From the human T2T-CHM13v2.0 reference genome, Homo sapiens, in NCBI RefSeq assembly GCF_009914755.1, contig NC_060926.1: DNA of 64,000 bases; one strand, 5' to 3'. A program made the translations under genes and the position numbers. Shown one piece after another: positions 42,931 through 59,902 of the stretch; within the stretch, counting starts at the first letter, position 1, and the number at the start of each line of letters is the position of its first letter. The notes under the pieces are model-generated. The model had not been told where the DNA came from. It searched no databases and saw only the letters and a list, made by a program, of their open reading frames with translations.

Positions 42931-44172
42931 AAGGGAAACGCCCACTGTCTCCCAGGATGGAAAGATGAAAGACATCAGGATGTCAGTCCTTCCAAATCAT
43001 TTTAGGGGCACTTCCCACCAAAACCCTGACATGGTGGTCTTTTTTCAGAAAAAGGTAAAAATTGGAGAACTGTGATCTGGGAAAGTAATCTAGAGTAGCA
43101 AGGAAAATTTGACAAACAATTAAGTCCCTGCAGTATTGAGACATTCTGAAGCTACTATAAGTAAAGACAGTATTGCAGGCATTGGCTGTCTAATCAGTGG
43201 ACAGGATCAGAGCCCTGCAGCAGCCCTTAGTTTGTTTAGAGAACTTGATTCAGGAAAAAGGAACCATCTTTGGTAAAATGAGAGGGATCTTGTAAGGGAA
43301 AGGGCTTTGAGAAAAATATTTAGTTACGTCATGTGTCAGAGTTAACTCTAGTTGGGTTAGAGTTAAATGTACAAAATAGACATCATTCTTTTTAAAGGAG
43401 CTAAAGGCGGCTGATGATTGAACAGATAGAGCAGGAAAGGACTTCACAGGCACGAGGACAGGGCAAGGAAATCACAAAGGAAATGGTCAGTAGATGGGAC
43501 CAGACAAAAATTTAGAACCTGATTAAGTGAGACCTTGTAAATAGAAAGCCTGAAGTTCCAGGGTGTCCCCAGGTTCCCTGGATGAATCAGATGAGCCCAG
43601 GCTACCATCAGCCACCCTTCGGGATGTCAGGGTAAAGCTGACTGAGGCTGGGGTAGCATCAGCTGTGTCATATCAGGATTCAAGGGCTTCAGGAAGCCCT
43701 GGCTGGATTCCATTACTTGGAGTCCAGGCTTAGGCCTTGGGCTAATATAAGCCTCAAGGTGGGGTGGGAAGGAACAGAAAAGGGCCCAGGGCCAGAACAA
43801 GGTGTTCTGTAGTCCTCACTCTGACACGTGTCCCCCTCACCCTCTGGGCAGGGGTGAGCACAGGCACTGGCAGCAGCTCAGGAACAGCATTGGCTCCTCC
43901 TCAGGGAGGCCCCCTCTGACTTCACCAGCACGTCCACACTTCCCTGTGGTGCGTGTCCGTTCAGACACAGCCCTCCACTGTGCCCCATGGTTTCCTTGTC
44001 TGTCTCGCCTGAGAGGAGCCCTGTGTGCACAGTGAATGCTGACTGACTGGTCAGTCAGCTCGGCCCTGCTGCCCCTAGGACCCTGATGACCCAGTACGGC
44101 TAGGGCTTTGTATTTCAGCAGAAAAGAAGCACAGTTGCAGCACCACTCATTAAAGCATGTTGTGCATCACAG

Positions 44173-44284
44173 GTCTGCAGAGAGTGACCGTGTAGGTAAC
44201 ATCACCGTGATTGGCTGGCAGATGGAGGAGAAGTCAGACCAACGGCCCCCTGTGACCCGGTCTGTGGACACTGTCAATGGGAGG
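44173..44284 (+). CDS. INPP4A: INPP4A exon: (R)[37 protein letters not shown]
   Basis: catcacag|GTCTGC...GGAGG|gtgagt; 112 nt. Confidence 0.95.
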
Positions 44285-45101
44285 GTGAGTTACACCACTT
44301 TCCTCCTCTCCCTTAGAAAGAGCAAGGGAATTAATCAGTAAAAATGCAGCCCTCGTGGACTTAGCCTCTGTGCTCAGCAAAGGGCAGGGCCTGCTGCTTG
44401 ATGCTGCTCCCCACGGACACTCCGGTCCTCCTTAGGCACACCTTGAAGCAGGAAAAAGGGCTCCTGCCTGTAAAGCCCTGCTGCCCTGGAGCCGGCTTCT
44501 GTTCTGGGTGCCACACTGGCCAATTCTAGAGGGCAGGAGTGAGTGGGAAAGAGCCCTACTGGAAGAACTGCAGTCAGGGGGCAACTTGGGTGTGGAGGGT
44601 GAGCAAAGAGGCATTTAGGACCCAGGTCATCTGTCCTGTTTTAATACCTTCCTCTCCCAGACACATGCATGCCCTGCAGTCTCCTGGTGCACACCTTCAC
44701 CTTTTCACATCCTCCCCTCTTCCCTGGTCCTCCTCCCCCTCTCTAGCTACACCCTCCTGCACCCACTGTCATGCATAGTCTCTCACACAGACACTCAAAG
44801 AAAAATTCTAATTTCAGAGCCCTAGCGCTGGTAAGTAGTCATTGTTGTACAATACAGAGATGTCTCATTTCACCCAAAATAAGCCCAGAATGTTAGTTCT
44901 GGAAATATCCCTTGGCATCATCTATTCTCTTCCTTTTCGTTTTTACATCAGAACACTGACACACAAGGTGAAGTGACTGAGAAACCATGCATGCCTAGAG
45001 AATTGTGTGCGCATGAAGTGATTCAACACACTGGGAGGTGAATGACTTTGTGGCTTGGGCAGCATATTTATTGTAGAGTTCATGGTGGATATTCATCTTA
45101 A

Positions 45102-45326
<225 letters not shown>

Positions 45327-45782
45327 TAGTGAGTATCCACTTGGGCCCGCAGTCCCCTTTGCTCCCCACCTGCTGCGATTGTCCCAGCCATGCACCCTAA
45401 TTGTCACCTCTCTGCTGCTTATCATTGTGTTCTTTTTGCAGCATATAAAGAGTTATCACAAAAAACAATTATAATTTTCCTTGAAAGAGGATTAAAAAAT
45501 AAAAAAGAATTAGTAATACTCCAAGGAAGTAATACTTCATCTCACTCTTTTCTGTTTCACATTGGGGTTGGTGACTGACGACAGCCTCCCTGCCCCCAGC
45601 TGCTTGCACTTTAGAGTTAGTTACATGTTCTGGGACAGGAAGATTGCATGTTGCTGGGAAGAAATGTTCAGACCTAGCCACTTGGTGGGTTTTCGGTGTA
45701 AGCGTTTTAATTCCCATGAGATGAACAGTGAGAGGACTTGAGGTGTCACCATCCCTGAGGGCCGGGGGAGGAGAACCCATGA

Positions 45783-45986
<204 letters not shown>

Positions 45987-46200
45987 TGAGGCCACATGGA
46001 AGGACTGACTGTCCATCATACCCATGTCATGTGCCCCTTCCTTTCTGAGATATAGCGGGCAGAGCACTGGCATCAGATAGACTGGACTGCAAACACAGCC
46101 TCTCCCCCTGCAGCTCTGTGGCCTTGGCTTGCCTAAGCCTCAGTTTGCTCATTGGGATCATGGATTCCTGTGCAAGGATTTCATAAGACAGTGTATTTGA

Positions 46201-46587
<387 letters not shown>

Positions 46588-46817
46588 TAGAAATAACTGG
46601 TAATTGTTTGATCCTAGCTGCCCAGCAGTAGTTTTCTAGGTTAGGGTCATAGAAAAGGGCTCCAGAAGACTGAGTATAACCTGTCAGCTCACTGTGGTCC
46701 CATAAGGGTCTTAACCCTTCTGCATCTCTCAACCCAGGGCATATTTTGTCAGTTCTAAGGTGAGGAGAAGCCCAACAGGTGGCCCAGGCCGTGCATATTA
46801 TGTCCCCTGTCTCTCTC

Positions 46818-47200
46818 TGTTTTAATTTTGTGCTGCTGTAACAGAATGCCAGAGACTGAGTAACTTCTAATGATCAGAAAAGTATTTGACTCAAGGTTCT
46901 GGAAACTGGGAAGTCCAAAAGCATGGTACTGGCATCTGGGGAGGGCCTTCATGCTGCACCATCCTGTGGTGGAAGGCGTCACACAGCAAGAGCGCTCTTG
47001 AGAGAAGGCCAAACTTGCTTTTATAACAAACCCACTGTTGTAATAACCAACCCATTCCCATGATAATGACATCAATCCATTCATGAGGGCAGAGCCCTCA
47101 TGACCTCGTCATCTCTTAAAGGTCCCACTTCTCAAAACTGTGGCATTCAGGATGAAGTTTCTAACATATGAACTTTGGGGGATAGTCTCAGATTGTTATT
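46818..47200 (-). mobile_element. MSTB-like LTR
   Basis: gtgctgctgtaacagaatgccagagactgagtaa...aatccattcatgagggcagagccctcatgacc. Confidence 0.82.
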
Positions 47201-47355
47201 TCTCCTCCTTGTCCTCAAATGGTGTTAATTATAAACACAATATAACAGAAGCGTGAAAGAAAGCAAGGCAGCCAGAATCCTGCTGTTTTCAAAGAGCTAT
47301 TTTGTTTAATTTTTTTACTTGGAAAAAACATCAAACTTAAAAATAAAGGGCAAGA

Positions 47356-47686
<331 letters not shown>

Positions 47687-47895
47687 TCACCTAAAATCAC
47701 CAATTGTTAATATTTTGCCAATTGCTTTCTCTATATATGCACATATTTTAATATTTTAATTATAAAAATTTTCATTCAGCTTTGCCCATATTTGTGTATA
47801 TTTACACAGTGGCAATCTACTTTTCCATGTATCTTCAGTTTTTATGTTTTAATTTCCCATTACATGGTGTATTATAACTTTAAAGAGTTTATTCA

Positions 47896-48194
<299 letters not shown>

Positions 48195-48199
48195 AAGAG

Positions 48200-48560
48200 T
48201 TCATTCATTTAACAAGTGCTTTAGTTCAAGGGTTTTGTTGTTGTTTTTAGCAACAACCACATGTCAGGCACTGTTCTCAGTGTGGGAGGCTTCTTGGTGA
48301 GCTCAACGTGGATGTTGGTTGGAAACAGAACTGGGAACCTCACGCAGGAACTCCAGATGTTTCAGCGTGTGCTGGAAATGAAAAGGGAACTGTGAGAAGA
48401 AAGAGGGTGATCGGGGCAGGCCTCTGTGAGATGATGACATTAAACTAACACCTGAAGCATAGGAAGCCACCACATGAACACGGGCAGACACATTCCAGAG
48501 AAACTAGCAGCGGCCTGGCAGACAGCTGCTGTGCTCAGAGCGGCCTGAGGCCATGGGGCC
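48200..48560 (-). mobile_element. L2 fragment
   Basis: ttcattcatttaacaagtg...atgtcaggcactgttct...acattccag. Confidence 0.55.
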
Positions 48561-49221
48561 GGCTGGCCACGTAGCCCTACCTGCTCTGGGTGTCCTTTTA
48601 TATTAATTTTGCTATTTTAATAATAATAAAATGGCACAGCTTTTAAAAACAATTTAGACAAGTCAGATTTCCTAAGAACTTATGTAAAATTTAGCTTTTT
48701 TTCTTTCTCAAAGGAAAACATGAGTGCAGTATAAAAAAAAAATTGCAGAAAGGTTTTTAACTAAAAACAACTCGGGGCTCTACTTTCTGATCTACTTCCC
48801 GGAAGCAACCAATTTTTGAGAGTTTTAGTGTTTACTGATGTATTTCCACATATATGTGTAAAGTGTTCTCTTCATTAATCAATTTCAGGGATTAGCTACC
48901 GATTTTCTATGCTGAGGGTTTGGCCTTTTATACCTTCCCAGTCCCCATTTTCCTAATTTGGTTATGCTTTTTGTTTTTAAATCCATCTTGTGATTTTGCT
49001 GTTATGATTGTGTAGCTGTTCTTCATTGCTGAGCTAAGGAATTTATATTTCAGTTCTTATACAGGTTTTTTTTTTTGGAGATAACAATTCCTCTTTTTCT
49101 TCTCTTCTCTTCCTCCTCTTCCCCCTTCCCCCTTCTGTTACCCTGTGCCTCTGTCAAGCACACACATAAAGACAAGGTCAGGCCTGATTTCATCCACAGT
49201 GACACAGCGGGCCACTTTTAG

Positions 49222-49456
<235 letters not shown>

Positions 49457-50055
49457 AGCTCCTCTCTTACATAGACACGGAAGGAAGAAGAATCAGAGGT
49501 GCCAGCTCCCATGGTCTTTGTCCCGTACCCAAAAAGGATGGCAATGAGACAGAAGGGCTTGTGACTGCAGCAGGATCTGTGGTATTCCGCTGCTGAGGAG
49601 CCAACTCTAGGCTGCAGCTGAGCGGTTTTAGATTCTGCAGCTCCCCTATCCGGGAGGGCAGAAGGCCCATACCTCAGGAGAACCTGGGAGGCAATGAGAA
49701 GCGCTGTCCTGATAGCCTCCTAGGGGAGATGACGAGGCAAGCAGGAGGTGGCTCATTGCGATTACTCACAGCCTGCAGTCCTCTCTGTTCCGGGAGGATC
49801 ACACGTTGTTTTTCCCAGACTCAGGTGGGCTGTGGTTTGAGCCTGTGCTTGAGGGCACCTGCAGGTCGTCAGGGTAAAGCTTCTCCCTAGCAGCCTGTCT
49901 TCTTCTCCCCACCTCCACTTAGTTTCCCTTGAACATTAGACTAAATTCCCGTGAAAAGCTACTCTGGACACACTGCCACGTGGTCAGTGGTCTGCTTTTC
50001 ATGTAGCTGTCTGTCCTCTCCTCCAACCCAGTTGCCCTTTAGACAGGCAGTGTAA

Positions 50056-50448
<393 letters not shown>

Positions 50449-51307
50449 TGACAGACACTTTAATGGATTTTTAAAAATAACTTCTTATGTAGGTGTGAAT
50501 TCTTTCAAATATGGGTTTTTCTGATCTTAATTAAAAAGACAAATCTGTGAATTGCAGTGAAGAGTCCTCCTATGGTGTCATCTACCAAAACAGCCACTGT
50601 GGAATGAAATTTAGGGGAGGCGAAATCCCGGGCTATTACTGCTTCATGTTGTTTCTTCATCTTGGACTAATGTCAGTATAGGATGTACTAACAGAAAGGA
50701 TGTAGGCCACTCGCCTTGAAACAAAGCAGTTTTTCTTGATTTCCCAGTTTAAAGAGTCAGTGGTAACTTCTATTAAACATATGAATTGTTAAGGGGTAAC
50801 TCTGTATTTTAAGGCTCAGAAAACAAAATGGAGTGTGAATGAACACCTCACTGTTTCTCCTTGAAAGATGCCATTTGATTTTCAAAACACTCTCAGGGCA
50901 GATTTGGAAATCTGTTCTTGTTCCTTTTTTATTCCAAGTGGAATGAATTTTTTGGTTTTTCATTACTCTATATATTGCTTTAGCATTTTGAATTATTCTC
51001 TATTTTTGGATTCTTCCCTTTGATTCTTTTACATAATGGAATTTCAGGGTTTAAGGAAAACCATAAGCCCTTGATGTGGTTTTGACACAGAACATGTGAA
51101 CCCATCCATAAACTTGAATGAGAAGAAGCCAAATGCAGGACTAACAAGGAGGTGTTGCTTAGGCTTGATGTGAGTCTGAAGAGAGGGTCTGAGTATGTCA
51201 CTAGGAGAAACGGCAACATTTGCCCAGGAAGGAACCAAGGGACTCACCCATGCCTGATGCCTCTTACCTGGGAAAGTGTGGAACCCACACAACCTTGAGT
51301 TTTCTAG

Positions 51308-51440
51308 AGCAGAGCTTCTCAAATGTCACTGTGCACCCGGATCCCTTGAGAATTGTGTTGAAGTGGCAGTCTGGGATTGTGCCTTTCTCACAGGCTCTCG
51401 GATGCTCATGGTGCGGTCTGTGGACTGCACCCTACGTATC
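51308..51440 (+). mobile_element. MER5A-like hAT remnant
   Basis: gcagagcttctcaaatg...tttctcacaggctctcggatgct...ggtctgtggactgcac. Confidence 0.5.
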
Positions 51441-52125
51441 AGGCCATAGAGAGCAGTCTCCTATGGCAAATTGGAGAACACAGTAGCTGGTCTGTGATTC
51501 ATATGCTGGCAGTATCAGTGATATTTTTCACTAGATGAAACGTTTATTTCTTCTACTCTCTGGTTGTCAGTTTAATTTGTAATCCCTTTATTTTGTAGGC
51601 ATGTGATTCTCCATTTAATTAGTTATGGATTCTGATTATAGAAACAAGATTGTGCATATTTGTTATAAAATAGCGTCCAGGCTCCTTAACCAACCAGGCG
51701 TAAACAGGGAAACATTGTATTTTGTGTGTCAGAAGGCCGGAATCAATGCTATATTGCATTTGTTATCTTGATGGGCCTGCAGGGATGAGAAGGCCTCTTC
51801 ATCACTTTCGAGAGTTGAGATGTATTGCTCTAGCCAAACCAGATTCTTAGCTCTTTGATGATGGCGGTCTCTGGAGTCAGAACAGGCAGTCTCTGGCGTG
51901 GACCCCTTTGCTTATTATAGTAGTGCTGACATTGTGCTGCACAGAATCACATTTTTTGTATCAGATCTCTCAGTAGAGAGCTGAGTCACGGAAGGCGCAG
52001 CATCGTTACCATAGCTTTTTGAAGCCGGTTCTCCCTGGCACCATTCACCACCTGAGCACCCAGAACCAGCTCTCCTGACCAGCAGGCTGCCCTTGGCATC
52101 TCACCCACCTGCCACCTGGAAATGA

Positions 52126-52407
<282 letters not shown>

Positions 52408-52868
52408 TGAATCACATTTCGCTGCTTTTCTCTGTGGGTACTTGGTCCCTGAGTACCCCACATCTGCCCATTTCCCTGTGTGCTCTGGGCGGCTCGGAGG
52501 AGAGATTTGTCACAAGGACCTTCAAAAGGTTTCTGATAACAGCCCACACCCCTTCCTTTTGTCTCTCCTCACTCTAGCTTCCCTTTGTATTTCTGCAGTA
52601 GAAAGTTGCCTGTCGGCCCTTCTTCCCAAGGAGGGATGCAAACGGGAGTTACAGGGTGGCTTCCTGCAGCCCTTGTGGCTCCACTTGAAATGTTTTAAAC
52701 CCCTTGTTGCTGAGGTGATGGCACTGGGCTCCAGCAGACCCTTGGGCAGCCAGGGCTGTGGGATCAGGGGAACCAAAGGCTGTACAGCAGTGGGCTGGAG
52801 GGTCAGGACCCCAGACTTGTGTGCATATCCCTATAGCTGGCTTGTCCACAGGCCTGAGCCCAGAGTAA

Positions 52869-53003
<135 letters not shown>

Positions 53004-55261
53004 TAAGTAGCCAGAGAGGGTTTGTGGTCCTTGTACAGCTTTCTGATGCTTCTTTTCTCAGTTTAAAATAAAATCAAAATATGACCGCAAAAACACCCAG
53101 CCATCAGATCTGCTTTTGCGTGGCAGGAGGATCTGCCTTATGGAGCCTGTGCTGCTCTGTTTATGTGTGACTGAGCTGGGTGGGTGATGAGGGCACTGGA
53201 TCAATGGTCCTGTCCTGCAAAATGAGGAGCAGATTGTGATCCACCTCAGAAGTGGTGCTCCAGGCAACCGCCCTATGTAGACTCTGCTGGCTTGGCATCC
53301 TTTAGAGTCCCTGGCCAGTCAGTTGAGCACCATAGGCATCGAGCCTGGAGCATGTTGTTTCCTAGAGGACAGCAGTGGTAAACATTCCCAGTTTTTGAAA
53401 CATTCAGGGGGCTGTACAGAGCTACTGTCCTGAGCAGGAAATTTCCAGGTAGGGAGGGTGGTGAAGGGCATTTCAGACAAAGACATGGCAGAAGCATTGC
53501 ACATGGTGAAATGTGGCCAGGTGCACAGTGCTGGGGGCGGAGAGCTAAGAGGACTGGCCTTGCTGCCAGCCTGCTCTGTGACCAGAGTTACAGCCCCCAG
53601 CAGATCTAGGCCTGGTTCCAGGAGCTCAGGGCCTTGCCTGGGAGTAGACAAGTCAGCAAGCACCATTTGGCATGAACAGGGCCTGAAACAAGCATGCTGA
53701 GGATGCTGGGGTGCATGGAGCAGGGCATCCACCCAGCCCCCAGGGGTGGGAGGGAGAGAGCCAGAAATAAACCCAAGCTGTTGTGTTAGATGTGCAGGAG
53801 GCATTGATGATCTTCCAGAACATCACCTGTGAAGATTTCAGTGGCTCAGGAAGTGGGGGTGATGAGTGTAGATGACCAGTAAGATCCTTGGACTGTGACC
53901 ACAAAGTAGAGGAAGTAGCATGAGGTGTTTGGTTTAGGGAGAATAATTATGACTTAGCATGTGTTTGGGCTGATAGGAAAGACAGAAGTGGATGAGGTAA
54001 GGTGGATGAGAGGAAAACAGTGTTAGAGCCGGGTTCTCACAGGATGGAAAGAGGCAAGAGCAGGTGTTCATCAGAAGGGCCAGGAGAAGAGGTGGGGCTG
54101 CAGAGAGATGTTTGAGGTGGGAAGGAACAAGCAGAAGCATCCGTCGACAGCCTCTGCAGCATGTGGGCTGGGGAGGGTCAGACTCAGCAAGCAAGCATGG
54201 AACAGCGTGAGGGAAGGTGAGCAAAGGCCCAGGGAGCGTCACAAGAATCCCATGGATGGTCAGGTGAAGAGCTCTGGCATGTGCCATGGAGCTGGTGGTT
54301 GGCACCTGACTGTGCTGCCATGGCTGGGAGTCAGGACGTGATCTGAGAAAACTGAAAGAGGTGAAAGGTCAGATCAGTGGCTGAGTGGGTCAGGGAGGCA
54401 GCTAGGGGCGTCACTGATCATGGGCAAGGCTGAGCAGGAACGGAAGAGCGTACCCTGTGAGAAGTCACCATTCAGATACGTGCACAGGCTGCCTGGGTGG
54501 GCCCAGAGCCCGGTGAGTCCCGGAGGGAGGAGAAACAGGGAAGGGGAATTCAGGCCCCCAGACAACCTACTTGACTTTGATTCATTCCCAGGGGTGCTTC
54601 CCTAAGACAAACCAGGTAACCAGACCTGTCTTAGGATTTGCTGACTCCAGGTCCCTTTGGGAAATAGGAAGAAGACGCAGCTTCCTGTGCCACCGCAGCT
54701 CTGCACAGCCAGCCAGAAAGCGTGTCTGTCGCTCCATTGCATGTTGCCCTGTGGAGAGTGTGAGCGTGCAGCTTGAGATGGGGTGGGGCCCTGAAGGAGA
54801 ACCCATAGTAACTCTGGCCAGTCAAGAAGGGGGCCTTCTGGGGGTCTTTGTCCCAGGAGGCTTGGGGTGTTGATTCCTGATAACTCTGCATGTTAACTTT
54901 AGAATTTATTTCTCAAAATACCTCTTAGTATTTTTCAAATATATAAGTTTCTATTTAATTTCTCACTAATGCCATCAAGCCACTTATAGATATGGTATTC
55001 ATGATTTGAACTTTCCTTTAAATGCGGAGGTAACTTGGCCTGAGGTGGGATGTCTCCCTGGGGCTTGAGCACAGGGAGTGACGCTGCTCTAAGGAATAAG
55101 CACATTGGGCTCATGATTGTAGTCATCCCTGTAGTTGGGACCTCAACAAATAATTTTAAGTATTTTGACAAAAAATAAGTTGGCTTTTTAATTTTTTGTT
55201 TTTGCATTTGGTATTTGCTAACAAACTGCTAATATTTCATTTTGGTTCTTTTCTTTAGCAG

Positions 55262-55276
55262 TTTTGAGGAGTGTTG
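55262..55276 (+). CDS. INPP4A: INPP4A 15-nt alternative microexon encoding FEECC (18 nt, SFEECC, if the upstream AG of the NAGNAG acceptor is used)
   Basis: ttttctttagcag|TTTTGAGGAGTGTTG|gtgagt; phase 2-2; supplies KKH-FEECC-TSSG as in the long INPP4A isoform I recall. Confidence 0.92.
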
Positions 55277-57124
55277 GTGAGTTTTCTGTCTGTGGAGAGA
55301 GTGTCTGTTTGGGTCTCGTCCTCATGCAGAGAAAGCTTGTGCCATCCCCACACCTCCTCCTGTGGGCTTCCCCTGCGGTGCTGCCATGGTTCCTAGTTAT
55401 ACACCTCATAAACAGTCCTCCCTTCCAACTGCAATGTTCTTTAATAATGAATAGCCAATCTTCAGTCTGCTGTTTTACCTTTAAAACCTGGCAGCTGGGT
55501 GTTGTCGTACTCACTCTGAGAAAGGACCTAGTTCTGTTTCTCCCAGGAAGAGGAAGGGCCCGACCCAGGAAGCCCCTGGGTGCTGGGTTCTCATGTCAGC
55601 CCCTGGGTGCAGCTGGGAACTCCTGTCTTCTTATACAGGAGTCTTGTGGCTTTTCAGTTTTCACTTCACTATTACCTCTTATACAAATGAAGCCAGCCTA
55701 CATCTTCATGATGCTTATTAATTTATGCTGATTTTAATAACACTGTTACCAAGGTCAGTTTTACCCCTGGGGGTGGGTACAAACCAAGATTTAATACAAC
55801 TGAGTGACTTTTTCCACCAGATAATTAGATGACAGTTAGAAACCACGGTGTCTGCTGCCTGGGCTTCTCTACTGCTTCCCCAGGCTCATAACAGAGGCTC
55901 TGCAGTGGTGCTTCATTCAGAGGCACCTGCAGCCCCTCAAGAAATGCTGCTGCCTCAGAGCCTGTGACCCATGGGGCTCAGGGGCTATGGCTGGGCCCTG
56001 CTGGAGGTGTCAGGCTCTGCTGGTGGCATCTGACAGGAGGAAGCACTGAGGACATTCCCCGATGTCCAGGCTGAGGCCTCTCAACTTCCCCCTGGGGGTC
56101 CTTTTCCCTGGGGGTACTTTAGGTACAAGGGAGGGAGGAGGGCATCTAGGGACGGTTGCTGCTGCTCCTGCCTCCTTAATGGAGCAGACCCATGCTACTT
56201 CTGTGGAAGTGGCCTCTCAGCCTCCCCTCCCTGCCTTTTCTCTACTGGGGACTCTTTCAAGGCCTGATCTTTCCCATAACGGGACAAGTAAAGTACTTAG
56301 GGGTTGAGTCTAGCGGGGCAGAGGAAGAGGAATGGGAGGGGAGAGGCCTTTGGCTTTACCAAGGAGCTGCCCCCAAGGCCTGCTCCTTGGTAAATCCCAA
56401 CCCAGGTGTTTTGGGTTGAACCTTGTTCCTGGGGAACTTTCTGCGTTCCTGGGTTCCCTCTGAGGACCCTCCATAGCCCAATCTGGGCCTGGTCACCCCT
56501 TGCCGTCTCCCCCCTGCTCCCCATATACAAGACTGTCCCTGAAGCAGGGAGGGGATGGAGCGGGGAGGGTTACAGGCAGAAGGAGTGTCCCTGCCTGGAG
56601 ACTGTGAGGGGCTAAATCCCAGGCAGAGAGGACCCAGCCTCCCAATCCTCCTACCCTTGCAGAACCCAGCTCCATGGGGGCTCAGCCTCTGCAGAGGTGA
56701 TCCTGCTCTTCTAATGTCCAGAGTGACTGTTGCTCAGCAGTTACCAGCAGTTCCTGGCCAGGGCCACAAGACTCCACCCTTACGCTCTCATGGCATCTTC
56801 AGTTTAGCCCATGACCCCAGCTCTGGGTAGGTCCGGGTCTGGGGTGGGGGCCTAATGCAAAGTCCAAGGGCTATACCTAGGATACTGCCTCCTGGGGCTG
56901 CCCCTAGGCTTCATGTCTACACCTCCATCCTGCCGCCCTCATGTGGCTGCCTGGTTTTTAAAACTAGGTAGTTGAGCACACATGCTTGTATTTTCCTCAT
57001 CATCCTAAACAGCACCTCTTTGAAATTTGCCTTTTCTTGCCCCTGCCATGTATATCCCATGCATAAGTCCCAGGTATCATCATTAAAACATGACTTGTGA
57101 GAATACAGGGCAAGTATAGGGTAG

Positions 57125-57556
<432 letters not shown>

Positions 57557-59033
57557 GAATTGATTTTTTAAAATCCTATTTTGAGATTGTCTTTTTAAGA
57601 TGAAATGGTCTTAGAAGGCAGCTATTCATTTGGAAGAGTGATTGCAGATTGGAAAGTAGTGTGCACATCATGCTGTGGAATGACTCCTGTTGTGCCCCAC
57701 GAGCTTGAGTGCGGTCTGCTGCATGGGCTTCTGGCACATCCATTGTTTTTTACTGTGGCGTGTGGGCTTGTGGTGGTGGTGTTTCTTTCCGGGGTGCTTT
57801 GGTTTTCGGTTTTTGCATGTTTGCCACATAATCCAGCAAGGGAAGGGGTAGTGGTGGTTTCTTGATGAACCACTTTGGGACTTCCCTGGGAAGGGGCCAA
57901 TGGGGAAGATTCTCAGCCCTGACCAAGGTGACTGTCATCTCCAGGGGAAGTGATGGAGGATGTGGTGAGAGGTGCCCTCGCTCCTCCTCTCTCTCTCTTC
58001 CCCAGAATTCAAAGGGTAGCCCTTTAGGGACCAGTCAGGACCCCTCATCCCATGAGCGAAGGGACACCCATTCTACCCAGAGCTCACAATTTCAAATTTT
58101 AGGAGGAGACCTCTGCATTGGTGGCTTGTACTTCTTCCTGCTTTCTTCAGCTTCCTCAGATGGTCTGAAAAATAAATTTATAATATTGGATTGATTGGGA
58201 TCAGGCTAAGAGACATGCAATTTATCATCACCGTTTAGTTGGACCCAACACACTGGCCAGGCCCCCACAGCGGGAGGATGTGAAGTTGGTCTTTCAGAGC
58301 CTCCTGATTGTGCTGGGAGGGGCTGGGCTGTAGGCTTGGCATCAGATCCCTAGACACACACGCTGCTTGGTGGCGAAGAGGTGGGAAGGAGGGAGAGCCA
58401 GGGTTACAAAGCCACTGAGGAGTCCGGCTTTGCCTGTGGCTTGGCATGTTCTCCACTTTTTCTTCATTTGATGAAACGTTATTTTTCAAAGTAGGGAAGT
58501 CCTGGAGCGAAGGAAAGGGAAAGGAAACCCCATTTTCTAGGGACTTGCTGGGGTCAGACATGAGAGGAAGGACGACTGTGGGTATGTTCACAGGGAGCTT
58601 GAATGCCTGATTGGCCAAAAGAAAAAATAGGTTTTGGTTGTTTGGGGACAAAGTCTAACACCCACTGCAGTCTCTGCTACACTGTGATAACCTGACCCCT
58701 TCTTCTGTAAATGGCCTCTATGTCTCCACTTAAGTACTGCTTATAAGTTAATAGATGAGGTTGTGAGGTGGAAGATTACGATCATTTGGGTGATTACGGG
58801 ATATGATTGTTCAATACCTGTTCATACATTTACATACACAAGTAAAAATACAGATACATGCAAATACAGATAAAAGACTGAGTCATAGTTTAATATTTCA
58901 AGCTCCTGCCATATAGACAGGAAGAATCTCCTAAGATATACTTTGCTCATCAACAACTAGAGTAGCTTGAGAGAACATCCCTGAGTCACAGAACACTTCA
59001 TCTTAGGGTCAATTGTGGCTGGGGTTGGAATGA

Positions 59034-59387
<354 letters not shown>

Positions 59388-59847
59388 TGACTTTGAAGGT
59401 CTACCTTAGGTCCATTTCGCACAAAGGCCCAGGGAGGTTTTGTGATTTGTCCGCAGAGCTGGACAGACCAAGGGCAGAGCCCAGGGCTCATGACTCTTAG
59501 GTGCAGCTTCAGGCACATGTGCCCTTCAGCAAGTCCATGGGGCTCATTTTGTTGAGGGTGATACAGTTCCACTTCTTTCTCAGTAACAGCCTAACTAGCA
59601 CTTTTTTTTTTTGGCCACATTTCTATTTTAGTTGAATTTGAAAACAGAAACTGAGCTATTATACAGACATAAGATAAGAAGAATATAATTTTATTGGCTT
59701 ACATATAGTCAGTAAACCAGCTTCTACTTAGCCATAACTTGATCCTGGTTTTAAAATATGTAAGTATTAATCCCTACTGAGGAAGTGGCTATTATCAGAC
59801 CCTTTTGATGGATGATACTTTTCCCCATTACTTGGTCTCTCTCTCAG

Positions 59848-59902
59848 CGCACACAAACACGCTCTCATACACACACACACGCTCTCATACACACACACAC
59901 AC
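59848..59902 (+). repeat. Compound CA repeat with two exact 20-bp units gctctcatacacacacacac
   Basis: Units at 59861-59880 and 59881-59900. Confidence 0.9.
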
